The notes: a model not told the origin generated them from the letters alone. Positions 1 to 13,229 are shown, counted from the first letter of the stretch. The stretch is 64,000 bases of DNA from Sarea resinae (GCA_026026165.1 JAPEUD010000001.1:372001-436000), one strand, 5' to 3'. Translations and numbers: made by a program.

Positions 1-1
1 G

Positions 2-583
2 GATCGTGATGCGAATGCGTATGAAAACCAGCATTTAGTACACGCTCAGAACGATACCGATATGAACGGGACCGAAGGCGGGATCACTGCAGGGGGGGCA
101 GAAGAAGAGGACGAGGACTCTCAGCCGGCGCCGCATCGCATGACGACCCGTGCGCAAGCTCAAGCTGCATCTGACAATGCAACGTCCTCTCGGACTCGTT
201 CATCGTCACCTGCATCATCCGAGTCACCTATGATTCACCCTCTCTTCACCGTCCCGCCTACTGCTCTGCCTGATCGTGATTTTGGACTTCCTCCTGCCGA
301 GGCAGAGGACACACGCCGCTTATTGCTTCTCTACGTGCAGAAGCAAGAAGAAGTGTGTCGTGGTGCCGAGAAGCTGTACGATGGACTTCTCAAGGCGGAC
401 AGAATGAGAAAGAAGGTGCTGCATTGGACCAAAGCTGATGCTCATGTGGGAGAGATGAGCGATGGGGAAGACTGGTATGACAAGGAAGAATGGGGATTGG
501 AGGAAGATTTGAAAAAGGGGCACGAGGAGGAAGAAGATGACACCGCTAATCAAGGCAAGAAGACCAGAGGACGCCGAAATTAG
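2..583 (+). CDS. RXT2: Rpd3L histone deacetylase complex subunit Rxt2-like, 3' part (5' end outside window)
   Basis: Frame is open from base 2. The C-terminus 'RMTTRAQA...HPLF...DFGLPPAEAEDTRRLLLLYVQKQEE...HVGEMSDGEDWYDKEEWGL' matches my recollection of Pezizomycotina Rxt2 C-termini. Confidence 0.7.
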   Translation, partial: DRDANAYENQHLVHAQNDTDMNGTEGGITAGGAEEEDEDSQPAPHRMTTRAQAQAASDNATSSRTRSSSPASSESPMIHPLFTVPPTALPDRDFGLPPAEAEDTRRLLLLYVQKQEEVCRGAEKLYDGLLKADRMRKKVLHWTKADAHVGEMSDGEDWYDKEEWGLEEDLKKGHEEEEDDTANQGKKTRGRRN

Positions 584-918
584 GGATCGCCAATCTATGA
601 GCTGCACGGGGTCCGAGCCATGTTCCATAGTGTTGCCGATCAATGAAATGTTATTGCTGCCGGGTAAAATGCTCATGGCAGTAGCTATTAGGATCGCGTA
701 ACGGCCTGTCGCACCTGGATGATTACAAGGACATATTCTCGCTTTTTCGGTCCCCCATGCTTTTGAATGCGTCATAGTTGATACTCTGCGACGCCAGACC
801 ATTGTTGAAGACACCCTCCCCCTCCTTCCCTTCTTCTCCCCCCTCCCCGGGCCCCCACGGGGCGGCACCCCACCGGCGACAGGGAGCTTGACATTCCGTG
901 TTTCATTTTTAATGATGC

Positions 919-1934
919 TCATGATGTCTTCTTCCCCGCGCGCCTTTCTCGTTCTCTCTTTGCATAGATTTCGGCGGTGAAAGGACTAGAACGCGGCATA
1001 TCAGCAAAGTACGACTCAGATGTGCTTGGGTTCTTTCAAGTACTCACTCCTCAAAGCGTAAAGCGATTAAGTAGACCGCTAGAATCTGAATCGTCAATAG
1101 AACGCCAGCCGGTTTTCCAAACCAAAGCGCGGTGCCGAAAAATGACAACGTCGAGCCGTAGTACATGGGAGAATCGGTGACGTTAAATGGAAATGATGTT
1201 ACTCGATCATTCATGAGGATGCCAAAGTAATCTCCGAGATATGTGCCCGTCACACCGAGCGCCCACATGCTGCTGAGCACAAGCACATTGCCGGCCGCAA
1301 TGAGTGATAAGGCTGCGTACGTGCTGGCTTTGGTTTGGAGCAGGGGGTGAGCTGGCTGGTCTCGAAGGGCACGCTCATACCTAAAGAGCAATACGAGAGG
1401 TCATGTTAGTCGACTCAACGACCGGTATCGCGTGCAATTCGTTACGGCCCAATATGGCCCATGAGATAGGGAGGCTGGGGGAGAGGTTTGAGGTACTGAC
1501 AGAGCATCTCTAAAGATACCAAGGGAGAAGATAACTACAGCGAGAAAGTAGCATCCCCGGCGTGAGTCCCCACCAAACAATTTGGTCAGGACCTTGTTCT
1601 TGTATTCTGAGGTCCAAAGTGCAAAAATTTAGCTATCGGATCGGACGTTCTGGATAGAGCAAAAAAATGGCTGAGGAGCGCACCTTGGCGAGCAACGATA
1701 CTGTAATTCCAACGATTAGAGCCGGCTAGGCGATCGTCCAAACACGATTGATTGCTTACTTCCAGAATAAAGGGTTGAAGCCAATAGAGATTGCAGACAC
1801 TGCTCAGAGCAAAGCAGGAACCATCAGTCAGGTGTTGAATGGGCCAATGGCTATACCGCGGGGCATTCCCTACCTAAGAGACTTTTCTGATTAAAGTCTA
1901 CAAGACTGTCATATTGACTCAGGAGTTTCGACAT
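919..1934 (-). CDS. OPI3: Phosphatidyl-N-methylethanolamine N-methyltransferase (PEMT family), multi-exon
   Basis: ATG at 1934 (MSKLLSQYDSLVDFNQKSLL), exon 'SAISIGFNPLFWN', 17-nt microexon 1684-1700, core 'ALGVTGTYLGDYFGILM...FPFNVTDSPMYYGSTL', last exon 'PFTAEIYAKRERE', stop at 919-921. Confidence 0.93.
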
Positions 1935-2296
1935 GGTGTCACGACGGCGTGTTTGCTCTTGAATCGTGGCAGAGAGCGTAGTAACGTATGCTTTGTCCGA
2001 GAAGTGACGTTGTCACGTTGAGCAGGTCGCAAGCAAGCGAGTTGCGCGAATGTGATGGCTGTGCACAGTAGAATTTCTATTGCTTTGTATCCGCCAAAGA
2101 AGAGGGCCAATGGGCCTGATGTAGTTCAAAATTATACTTCAATATCTACTGTGCAGGCGATGAGCTACGATCTGTTATTGTTGTCCTAAGAGTGGCGTTA
2201 TTCGTGCGCGTAGGAAATGGCTAATTCTGTTGCTTGTGCTAAATTGCTAATGCTGCCCGCCACTATCAATGGGACTTGGGTATGATTTCGCATGCA

Positions 2297-3468
2297 TCAA
2301 ATTTCGGGATAAATGTCCCTGATTCACACAACTATCAGCATTCGCTGCGCAACAGACAGGATGGACATGAAGACGTACGTTCGCCGCAACAATGGCATTT
2401 CATTCCTAACTCTTTCTAGGAGGGTGAGATCAATCGCTGCGGTAGCAATCTCGCTAACCTGCCCTTCACCACCCAGCTCGACGAGGACCTGGCCCCAAGG
2501 ATCCACAATCATGGAATGTCCATAGCTAATCCTCTTCTCGTTGTGCGCCCCGATTTGCGCAGCCGCTATAACATACGATTGAGTCTCAATGGCTCTAGCT
2601 TGCAGAAGTGGTTTCCAATGCACTCTTCCCGTCGGCACAGTGAACGCAGACGGGAACGTGATGATCTGGGCATTTTGGCGCCTCAGAGCGAGACTTATTT
2701 CAGGAAAACGTAGCTGCCAAGCAATAAGTATACTCATAGGCCCTCAGCTCCAGTTACAGTCCTCTTGCACTGTAGCATTGAGTGAAACAAATTGGCACTA
2801 CTTACATCGAAGCATATGGTGGATCCTACACGCCCAACTGGTGTTTCAAACGGGGGCAAGATGCTCATACCTTTTTCCACACTCCTGTCATCAATCATCA
2901 GCAATGAAGTGAGAAAGTCCCAAAATTGGTAGAACTTGCCTGCTCTCTTTTAAAATGGGACCATCTTTGATTTCCACATCGAAAAGATGGATTTTCTGAT
3001 ATCTTCGTACTATATCTCCTCGACCGTCGATCCAAATGAGCGTATTTTTCACCTTCTCTCCTCCTTGGGCGGGCTCGTGGATGCCCACGTGGATCGGCAG
3101 GTCCAATTTCTGTGCTTCATCCTGCAAGCCCACGACGAATTCACTGTCGGCCACTGATCGGACGAGTGAGATGGTTTCAGCAGGCGAAGAAGCAATGTAG
3201 TCGCTGGCTTCTGGGAGAAATAAAGCCTAGATAGCGGCGGCATAAGTCATCGGAGCTTCCTCGGGCTGTGAAGGATTCAGCCTGGAGACCAACTTTAGCC
3301 CCTGCGGCAGCCGCTTTCTGCACAAGAAGCCGGCATTGGGTCAAGTTATGAGCCATGCTTGCAGTCGAGCATATTTGCCCAACCGCCTTGTAAGGTCCGC
3401 GTCCGAGCGTTAGTAATATGATGATGATGTGTTTGTACGGGCGCGGGACGGCATACTGCGATTGCCAT
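2297..3468 (-). CDS. NIT2: Carbon-nitrogen hydrolase, NIT2/Nit1-type (deaminated glutathione amidase-like)
   Basis: Spliced start MAIA|AVGQICSTAS. Catalytic E-K-C motifs FLPEASDY, YQKIHLFDV and ICFD|LRFPE; also 'LQARAIETQSYVIAAAQ', 'SYGHSMIVDPWG' and the end RRTDIYPEI*. One intron is GC-AG. Confidence 0.88.
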
Positions 3469-4099
3469 TTTTTTGGTTCTCCTCAATCGTCAATATTCAA
3501 TTGAATCATGCCTTGGACGGATATGAGCTAGATATGGATATGTTTTTTGTTGGAATGATAGGTAATGGTCACCATGTTGTGTACGGAGTCGTTAGACAGT
3601 GGACTGGCCGAAGTGGTCACCACCTCAGAGGGTCTCTAATCATCATCATAGGTATGCGGTACCGGTCTCTACCTCTTGCTTTGTGCTTTCCCATGCTGTG
3701 AGGATGTTTCTTTCATCAGTATATACTTTGTACCAGGAAATAATGCAGTGGAGTGCTGCCGATGACCCGGAGCTCTTCCACTTGCAGCGTACTACTCCGT
3801 ACTGCGCAGTAGAATTCACTGCCCTGGTCGAGGTCCTTCGGTCCTCCAGCTGCGTCACACCAATGACCTCAAGAGTAAGGTAGTGCACTTCTCGTTTTGG
3901 AGCTCTCAACTTGGTACGAAGTAACCTCGTAGAGTCAACCCGTTAGGTATTCAACGCATTCCACCCACCAAGGCAAGCTCCTAAGCTTGCTTCCCTCTCT
4001 TCAAGCTGCAAGCTTTGGCAGGATGCGGAAATCATCGCCTGAGTCTCATTCAAACATACATACGAGATAGTCAAGGGCTGTGTCTGTCCTAAGGCGGAA

Positions 4100-5190
4100 A
4101 TGTCAGATGGAGCTCGATCGCGGTCTTCGTCTTCATATCCGTTGTCTTCATCATCTTCCTGTGAGTATACCGCGATCCTCCCAACGACAGGGAGAGGCAC
4201 GGACGTTTAATTAACCACATCTGCATCCTAATTCTAGCTTTTCATTTCTTCGCCGGATTGGGTTCCGGTGTTCTATCCGCCGTATTACTTCAGCCCGCCG
4301 ACCTCCTTAAAACCCGTGTCCAACAGTCTGGCTCGGCCTCACTTCTCTCTACTGTTCGCGCCATCTCCCAAAGCCCGCAGCCATTGCGTAGCTTCTGGCG
4401 AGGCACCCTTCCGTCAGCTCTACGTACCGGCATTGGATCTGCGCTGTATTTCACCAGCCTGAACGCGTTACGGCAACATGTCGCTCGCTCCGAACTACTC
4501 GCGACTCGCGGCCTCGTGCCAGGGACCGAAAGGAAGACAGTGGGAAATCACTCTTCGTCGCTGCCAAAATTATCCAACCTAGCCAACCTATCAACGGGTG
4601 CATTCGCGCGGGCTTCGGTGGGCCTCGTCATGATGCCCATTACCGTCATCAAGGTACGGTATGAGAGCAGCTTGTACTCGTATCGTTCCTTGTGGGGAGC
4701 AGGATCCGACATCATGCGCACGGAAGGCTTGAGAGGCTTTTTCTCGGGCTTTGGTGCAACTGCCATCAGGGACGCGCCGTATGCTGGACTCTACGTACTG
4801 TTCTATGAGCAGTGCAAACGGCGGCTGAGCACATTGGCACATGCAGCTCCATTGAACTCTGAGCCGCGATCACCGGAAGCCATGAGGAGCAGTACATCGG
4901 TCTCGATCAATTTCGTATCTGGAATTCTGGCGGCCGGGTTAGCTACAGCGATCACCAACCCCTTTGATGCTATCAAAACTCGAATTCAGCTTATGCCAGG
5001 CGAGTACGGGAATATGCTTCAGGCGGGTCGGCGTATGGTTATACAAGATGGATACAAAAGTCTCTTTGATGGATTGATGTTAAGAATAACAAGGAAGGCG
5101 CTGAGCTCGGCTTTAGCTTGGACATTGTATGAAGAGCTCATTCGGAGGGCAGAACAGAAGTGGGAGGACAGAAAGGAGCATGTGCTCTAA
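4100..5190 (+). CDS. HEM25: Mitochondrial carrier, glycine transporter Hem25/SLC25A38 type
   Basis: ATG at 4100 and one intron (GTGAGT...TTCTAG). Three PX[DE]XX[KR] carrier repeats ([27 protein letters not shown]), plus '[11 protein letters not shown]' and 'RDAPYAGLY'. Confidence 0.88.
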
Positions 5191-5762
5191 CTGCCATATA
5201 GAACGATCCAAATCTTACATTCTCACAAGAGTTGCAGCTCTTTTAAGAATGAGCCAATACACCGTTCTCTGGGCGATTGGCCAAATGGCGTAGGCGGTTG
5301 AAACGTCAAGGTGCTATAATACCATCTGACCGTCTGTAGTGAAACATACCCTCGATCACATTGGCTGCATACGAACGCTATTGGATGAGACGTGCGGCCA
5401 CTGGGGCGTGCAAGATCTGGGAACATGAGCATTGAACTCTTGACCAAGAAAATAATTATTTTAAATACAAAGAAAATCTCCCAACGCAAAGACAAGAACA
5501 TAATCAATCCAACAACTATAATAATCAATGATCATGTCAATAGAGAGGAGCGCATTTTGTGATCAGAATATGCGCGGTCAAGGGCGTCTCGTGCGGCTTT
5601 CGTCATGCAGCGCGAATCCCCCTGCTAAGCCTCAACGCCGTGCTTCTGCTGCTGCTGCGAAAACAAAAGGAAGCCTACTCCCAACTCGACAAATCCCTCG
5701 CCAACTGAAAGGAGAACGTTGAAACCTCAGCATGCAGTCGTAAGTTGCCAAACGGGGCAGTC

Positions 5763-7144
5763 TCAGCCCCACATAAGGTCGAATAAGCCAGCCTTGGCTG
5801 GAATCTTCTTCTTCTTTGCGGGTGCCTTCTTCGCGACATATATAATATCATCTCTCTGTTGGAGGTGCTGTTGCTGCTGCTGCTGCTGCTGCTGCTCCGC
5901 CATCTGTATCGTACGCCTCGTCTCACGGATTCGCCGCGTGTGCTCAAAGAGAATCATCTGCTCGTTCTCAGGTACCCATTGCTTTATAAGGATATAGTTA
6001 GGGTCAAACTGTCAAAGTGATCGAGGTCAGTATAGATCCATCATAATGCAGAGAGAAGAGAGAGACTGACAGCATCCCATTCCCATGGTAGACCATACTC
6101 CTGCAATGTCTCGATCATGATATGTTTCCTGTGTACTTTGATCCATGTTGTCTTGCTCATGTCCACCACGGCTGCGTCCTTTGGCAAATTGACAATGGTC
6201 GAAATCTGCTGATCGGGGACTCCGTAACTGGCCAGGTCTCTGCGAAGCCGCTCCTCGTACTCTTTATCAGCTTTCTTCTTTGCTTCCTTTTTCTTCTCCT
6301 CTTCTTCTTTCTGCTTCTGTTTCCACTCCTCGACGGCCTTCTTCTTCATCTCCTTCTCCTTCTCTTCGGCCTCCTTTTTCTTCTGTGCCTCCTTTGCCTG
6401 TTCTAACGCAATTTGCTCCTTGATGCGTTTCTCGGCCGCCTTCTGCCGCTCGGCCTCCTCTCTCTTCTTCTCGGCCTCCTTGGCTTGCTCTAAAGCCAAT
6501 TGCTCTTTAAGGCGCTTCTCTGCCGCCTTTATTTCCTCGGCTTCAACTCTCTTCCTTTCCGCCTCCTTTGCTTGCTCGAGAAACATCTGCTCCTTGACAT
6601 GCTGCTCGTGTGCTGCCTCTGCTTGTGCCTTCTCGATTCCGTGGAGTTTCGCCAACTGCATCTCGTAACTCTCGAGTTGCTTTCTGGTGCGCTCGGCTTC
6701 TTCGTTTGCCAAACGCTGCTGCTCATACTTCTGCTCATAGTCGGCGTAGTAGTACGGGGATGGGTCTCGTTCCTTGGATCTATGCGCGCGACCAACAGCT
6801 CGCGATCGAGAGCGGGAATGCGAATGGTGGTAAGCCGGACTCTGCCCTCGGTCCCAATCGTCGTCCTCGTCAACCTGCAGGTTCCGACCTCTGATAATCT
6901 CGTCAGTGGGGAAGTTGTTGTTGATGATAACGTCCGGGCGATGTCCTGTCGACCGGGAGCGTTGCAAGCCGCCACCGCCTCCGTACCCAGGTTCTGGCAT
7001 CATGTAATAAGCTTCTTCGGGGACAGCCCCATAGTATCCCGGTGCATGCTCGCTAGCCATGCGGGGTCGGTGAAAGGGCGGCCGTTGCGGTTGCAAATGT
7101 CGAGGACCTTCGACATAGCCATAGCCAGGGTAACCTGAAGCCAT
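5763..7144 (-). CDS. Fungal hypothetical protein: Arg/Ser-rich N-terminus, E/K-rich coiled coil, small conserved-looking C-terminal domain, poly-Q
   Basis: The 367-aa ORF splices (GTCAGT...GACAG) into 'FDPNYILIKQWVPENEQMILFEHTRRIRE'. The joined motif 'WIKVHRKHIMIETLQEYGLPWEWD' resembles a recurrent ascomycete domain of unknown function. Confidence 0.75.
5867..5896 (-). repeat. (CAG)n microsatellite encoding a poly-Q tract
   Basis: Run of ctg triplets on the + strand; ORF track reads EQQQQQQQQQQH. Confidence 0.9.
6335..6595 (-). repeat. Three tandem 87-nt (29-aa) coding repeats
   Basis: KEQMFLEQAKEAERKRVEAEEIKAAEKRL / KEQLALEQAKEAEKKREEAERQKAAEKRI / KEQIALEQAKEAQKKKEAEEKEKEMKKKA. Confidence 0.85.
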
Positions 7145-9896
7145 CTTTACAATCGATCAAGCCGACGCGGCCGACGGTCAGATTTGCCCGCGAGTATATC
7201 TCGTGTCCCTCTTCAATGACAGTGATCAGGTAGAATAATTTAAGACGAGTCGCCACCGGCAAAAGCTTTCGCGGGAAGAAGTGAAGGGAAGAGAAGAAGC
7301 AGTGGCAGGAGGACGGCGGGAAGACGGGAGGATGTTGGTTGCGGAGGTAAAACAGCGGTCAGCGCTTGGCGGGGTCAACAACAATAATAAGGTAGATACC
7401 CGTAGGTAGAGAGAAGGTAGGTAAGGTCGGTTGGCTATGGGAGTTAAGGTGAGTATGAGGGCAGGGGTGAGCGACCACCAAAGTACGGGATATACCAAGG
7501 TACGGAGTAGTAGGGATCCGTAATCGAAGACCGGAGGCGAGAACAACGCGGTAAGATCTGCTGAGCCAAAATTCAAAGGAAGGAGGAAAGGAAGTCCTAA
7601 AGGAAGAGACGGCAGGACCATTTAAAAGGCTACGAGGATTGATCTATGACAATCGCGAGACGACCTATTGACTGGGCAGGTAGGTACGCCGCCGCAATGA
7701 TACTGTGACGGTATGGGATGCAAGTCTGCCTGCAGCCCAACCGCGCGCGATGGCTGGGAGTAGGGACCAGGGGTGTTCTGGACGAGTCTCTGCCGTTCTC
7801 TGTCGCTCCTTCTTTCTGTTTTTGACGATTCGATTGCACCGGCACGGGGACGCAGTACGTGGTTCGTATTGCACCACTCAATCTGTGCGTGAGGCTACCT
7901 CAATGGTACATTGATAAGGCAAGGTTGTTGGATGCCCGAACAACCTGCGTTGTCCGGGTGGTGGGCTGGCATGCATGAAGCATCCATTGGATAGAACCGC
8001 CCTTGGGTATCACGGTATCCAATCCACCGCGAGTGAAGCAGCTGGCAGTAAGTATGACCATCAAATCCTTGAAAGCACGGATCCGACCAGGACTGCCGAT
8101 CCGTTCAATTGCTTCGTCCAGTGACCACGTCGCCGGAATGCAAATGAACATGAAGAATCGACATGATTCAACCACCGAACTATTAATACCGCTCGCATCG
8201 TCCAAACAGACGTATTCGCGCGATACCCAAGCGCGAGGGGAGGGGTCGGGTGAACCTGAAGACTCGAGTAGGGGCACGGGAAGGGGACAGAAGCGACTGC
8301 CCCACATCTTCGGCGAATCCGACGGAGTGAGGAGAAGTCGATCGGATCCAGCCCGGACGCACTGTGAGAAGACGCCCTGTGAGATGTGCGTGCGGGACAT
8401 GTTAACCCGTTGTCATCCTGTGTCGCTCTCTTTATGCCTCCTGGCCTATCAAGGGTGTCGCTTTAGTGTACTGCAGTAGTGGTGTCTTCTGACCAACTTT
8501 CCATCTTTTCTACAATGCGAATTCGGGATAATTGAGCGTGAAAAAGGCACCCATTCCTTCATGTGTTGTCAAGGTGTCAGATAGCGTGTCCATGGCGTTT
8601 CAAGGGTCCCAAGCTGTCTGACACATTAAGTAAGGCGTCAGGCATCGTCGGTAAGTACCTAGGTAGAAAGCTGAGGTAAGTTTCGGGTCCAGGCTAGCGC
8701 CGAGACTCCAGAATACGAATACTTCGTACCTCCAGGTACGAGAAATCTTGCAAGGCCTCCATTACTATTCCCTTGCCTTGAGATCCGCCGGCCATCACTG
8801 CCATCTCAGAGTATCACAGAAATTATAAGCCCGAGATCTATCCGATGATACTTCGTAGTGAGATGCATGACAGGGGGTAAGGGAGCAGATGATATAGGCC
8901 CTCAAATGAAGTGGTGCTCTAGTCTATTCCTTACACAAGATAACCCCTTTCCTCTTTTACTGGAGATCTGATGCGATGCACCAGGACAGTCAATTATTGT
9001 CAGCGTGCCGTGCAGTGTTCCTATTCGCTCCGTCTGCGGCCCGTCTACATCCTATCTCCTAGACCGGCACTGCTGCTTGTTGAGTGACCAAAAAGGAAAT
9101 TTGCGCTTTGAGGGGCCAATAATAGCTTGATAAACATCTATGTCAACGTACGAAGGCATCATTCGAGAAAACGAATCCTCGCGCATACATGTCCAACGAC
9201 CGATCATGTCAACTTGTGTGTGGACTTTACCGTGATACCGCCCGTTTACATTATTTGACCATACTAAAAGACGGTAGTATTCTGCATATTCTATAGCAGG
9301 GAGTATAGAGCAGTGGCTTACTTTTCGTTTTTCTCCAAGGCTGTCCCATCATTGTTCCAGCAGGGCTTGAAATATCTGATAGCTACTGCGGTTGCGGGGT
9401 TTTCTAGAACAATACGGAATGAAGAGTGGCATGTGTAAAGGGCTACCGCTGTTGCTCGAGAGTCGAGAATCAATGATATTCGATACGTATTACATCCGTG
9501 GATGGCGTACGGTCCCGAGGACCAAGTCACCAGATATGAAAGAAAAACACCATTATCGCTTACAAGTATTTGATACCTTGATAGACTTGATCTTCTCGTG
9601 ATACTCTGGCTTAAGCATTGCCATATAAAAAATCGATCATGACGAACGATGTGTCTAGTCTGCGGCAGGGATAGTGGACTACCAGATTACCCTAGTCAGA
9701 GAAACTCCTACACCTAACTCCGGAGACCCGTGCCGTGGATCTACTTGGTCGGCACATGGCACAGAATGCCAGTCAAATGCCAATTGCAGCTCGTAGATGG
9801 CCGTTATGGCTCGATTTAGAAACGGGTGCTCTCGTCCCATCGATACGAGCTTGAAGCCTCTCTCTATGATCCGATTCGTTGTTCGGCGCCAGATCC

Positions 9897-10394
9897 TCAA
9901 GCTCTTCCACTTGACTTGAATATTTGCTCGATATGATCACGACTATTCTTGTGGGTAGTCTCCAAATAATGTAACTTCTTGTCCAGGTTGTTTATATCGG
10001 ATTTAAGTTCTTCGCTCTCCGATGATAGCCTCTGATTAACGTCCGCTATGGGACTAGATACGAACCTGCACCGAACATCGTTAGCATCAATGGTATGCAG
10101 CTAGGTTCTTTGCAAAAGGGGCGAGAAACTGACATCTTTCCAACTCCCTCGTACACACTCGTATCCTTGGGCAGCGTAGCAACTTCGCCCGAAGTCAGTT
10201 GCAGCAGCCGGATGTCCCGTTGTTTTGCTGCCATCTGGGCCTTGACAACGTTGATCTGTTGCTGCGCAAGAAGAGCCCGAGTCTCTATTTCTTGTGCGAG
10301 CTATTAATGATGTCTTCTGTTAGTGTATTGTCAAGTGAAGAAAACTCAATGCGTGGAGATTTGCCTTTTGCAGAGCTTCGTTCGGTATTGACAT
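9897..10394 (-). CDS. PFD1: Prefoldin subunit 1
   Basis: Three exons: MSIPNEALQK|LAQEIETRALLAQQQI...VYEGVGKM|FVSSP...LDKKLHYLETTHKNSRDHIEQIFKSSGRA*. The first intron needs a GC donor. Confidence 0.9.
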
Positions 10395-12063
10395 AATGAC
10401 AGTCCTAATATGGGCCTTGTGATGGATATCTGTGTAGACCGGGGATAACAATTCAGCTGCTTGCTCGAGAAGAGAGAAGAGTGCAGAGTGGTTCATAAAG
10501 GCTGCCGTATCTCTACTGGTGAGGTGATGGGGTACCCTAGTACCGATAACGAGCCACCGACGTCCAGACTGGCAGACGGAATCCCCCTGGACATCATCCA
10601 TGGATTTTTGCGGACGGTTCCTTGCGCACCATCGTACCTGTACAGTCAAAGCACCCGAGCGAGATCGAACGGAACAACGTTTGTACGCAAAATACGACCC
10701 ATGATCGCGAGAATACAACAAAGCATTGTACTGTGTATGTAGCAGGGAGCAGCGGGACAAGGCCAGATCAGACTGGAATGCTTGACTGAACCTTCAGTAC
10801 TCTAACACTGGAAAATGAGGTAGCATAGTAGGGAGCACGATTTGTAGTACCTTGATGTAGAGGGGCATCTTCTGTGCAGTAGCATTAGGTACCTTAAGTA
10901 ATTCGTAGATACTTCTCACTATAGTGATAGAAGGACTACATCGGAGTACTCTACCTATAAGGGACAAAGCAGATGGCTGCAGTGGCGGCACTGAGGCGCT
11001 GACCCACTACCTACTCCTACTTCATCCGGGGCAACCGCGAGCAGAAAATATTGAAGCACCGAGGATTTGAGGCACGTTTCCTACCTAGTACGAGTACCTT
11101 ACCTGGTCGCTTGGGTACTGAATTAAGAGACGCCGATTAAGAGAATGAGGATGCCGCCATACGTGTGTTCGTACTTCACTTCTTACGATAGTGCCTCCTG
11201 ACTCCTAAGTTCTAGTTTAGAGCTCTCTCCTGCCTTTACCGTCCATTCCAAGGATGTCGTCCGTTTGCAACCATGATACCTACCGGGCAGGTATTCCTAT
11301 CACTTCGTTACGATTCCTATGGTTTCTGTAGGAATACGACACTGGAGCCCGAGTCTGGCTCTGGAGATCTCCGGCTCTTGAGTGGTTTCCCGCCGCAAGC
11401 GGATCGACGCCGGACGCACCCACTATGTAAGGTAGATACCGTAGATACCTAGACATCCATGCAAGTGGAGTACCCCCCTAGGTATTCTACGCGCCGTCGT
11501 CGCTCCTACTCCGTCATTCGTCATACGGATTATTCCTGCCAATTATGACCTTCTGCTGGCCACTGCAATGACTGCATTCTATTAGCCCTGTTGCTTTTAC
11601 TCCGTACTTCCGGTGATGCCGTGGTCTCCTCCACCGGCGTTATGATACTTACCTTGCATGCACGAACCGAACCAGCGCGTGCCTTTCTACATAGTACTCC
11701 GAGTAGACCATCGATGTACGAATGAGGTAGGCCAAAAACATTCAATCCCTTAGAAGTTAGGGAGAGTATGAGCGAATAATTAGTAGAACTAAAAGGAGAG
11801 AGAGTGCCTGCTGTAGGCTGTATAATCTATCCACGCCGAATTAAATCATTTCCATCCTCACCCTCATCCCTTCCATCTCTCTCTCACTCGCTCGCCCCAT
11901 CCAAATATCAAAGCATCACTCTCCTCCACCTCACCACAACCATCCGCCCTTTCACATTCATATAGCCATACTAAGCATCGCTACCTTCTCATCCAACTTC
12001 CATCACCATCAGTATTCTCATTCGATCCATAGCGTTACCAATCATCCAATTGAACACTCCATC

Positions 12064-13229
12064 ATGCCTTCGTGGTTGCCCTCCTTACAGTATCCGCCAA
12101 CGAGGCAGGGCTATTGGCATCCCATCACGTCAACCATCAATTGGTGCGAAGAGGTAGTTCGCTCAGATTATTTGTCGCATCCGAATCGCCCTGACAATAA
12201 TATCAGGACTACTATGCCACCGTTTACATGGCCGAGATCGTCAATACGTTGACGAACCTTCTCTTCGTATACCTTGGCTTGAAGGGAATTCGCAGTTGTA
12301 TCAAATATCAGCATGACCCCATCTTCTTGGTTACCTTTTTGGGGTACATGGTCGTTGGTCTTGGGAGTTTCTGCTTCCATGCGTCTCTCAAATGTGCGCT
12401 TACTCCGAATCCATTCTCCTGAATCAAATCTGCAAAGGGCCTATACTGACTATGCTCTCGTTCAGATCCCATGCAATTGGTTGACGAGTTGTCCATGATT
12501 TACACCACTTGTCTAATGTGCTACGCGACCTTCTCATATAATAAAAGTCGACTATACGGCCTCATACTGGCTCTGCTCCTCGTCTCTCTGGCCCTGTTTA
12601 TTACGCTCTATTACCATTACGTCCAAAATCCCGCTTTCCACCAAAACGCGTATGCCATTTTGACCGCTATAGTATTATTGAGAAGCATGTACGTCATGGA
12701 GGTGAACATCCGTCCGTCACTGCGGCAACGAGAGCAAAGGCATAAGGTAATACAGGAAACAGGAAAGGTGAGCGCGGAAGAAAAGGCGATGCAATTTGCC
12801 GAGGATAAGAGAGATGAGGAGGTACTACGAACTATGTGGACCATGGTGGGGTACGGACTATCAGTCTTCCTCGGCGGCTTCGCCATCTGGACTCTCGATA
12901 ATGAATACTGTACAACCATTCGGAGATGGCGGCGAGACATTGGGCTCCCATGGGGTATCATCCTCGAAGGCCATGGTTGGTGGTGAGTTGAAGCAATCGA
13001 TGATGAGCCGAAGGAGCAGCAAGCTGAATGGGCACGATTTAGGCACCTTATGACCGGCGTTGGCGCATACTTCTATATTACGTGGGCAATCTGGCTACGA
13101 CATTGCCTCAACCACCGGCAAACCGAATACAAACTCGCGTGGCCGCATTTGGTTGCACTACCGGAGGTGGTTCGTCGAGAGATAGGCAGCAATGGTTCCA
13201 TATCGAATGGGATGAAGAAGACACGCTGA
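12064..13229 (+). CDS. Alkaline (phyto/dihydro)ceramidase, Ypc1/Ydc1/ACER3 family
   Basis: Motifs 'GYWHPITSTINWCEE|DY', 'AEIVNTLTN', 'GSFCFHASLK', 'MQLVDELSMIY' and 'LEGHGWW|HLMTG'. Ends KKTR*, a KKxx-type ER signal. Confidence 0.92.

Noticed and set aside
6122..7138. Long + strand ORFs (including 212 aa) opposite the coiled-coil gene
   Set aside because: Antisense shadows of E/K-rich coding sequence. The same applies to shadows over MDM1, the LCB kinase and the PH gene.
7900..8479. Overlapping 166-aa and 158-aa ORFs
   Set aside because: No recognisable motifs or supporting exon structure.
11645..11760. ATACTTACC resembling the 5' end of U1 snRNA
   Set aside because: No U1 loop I/II motifs or Sm site follow; it fits the local TACC-rich background.
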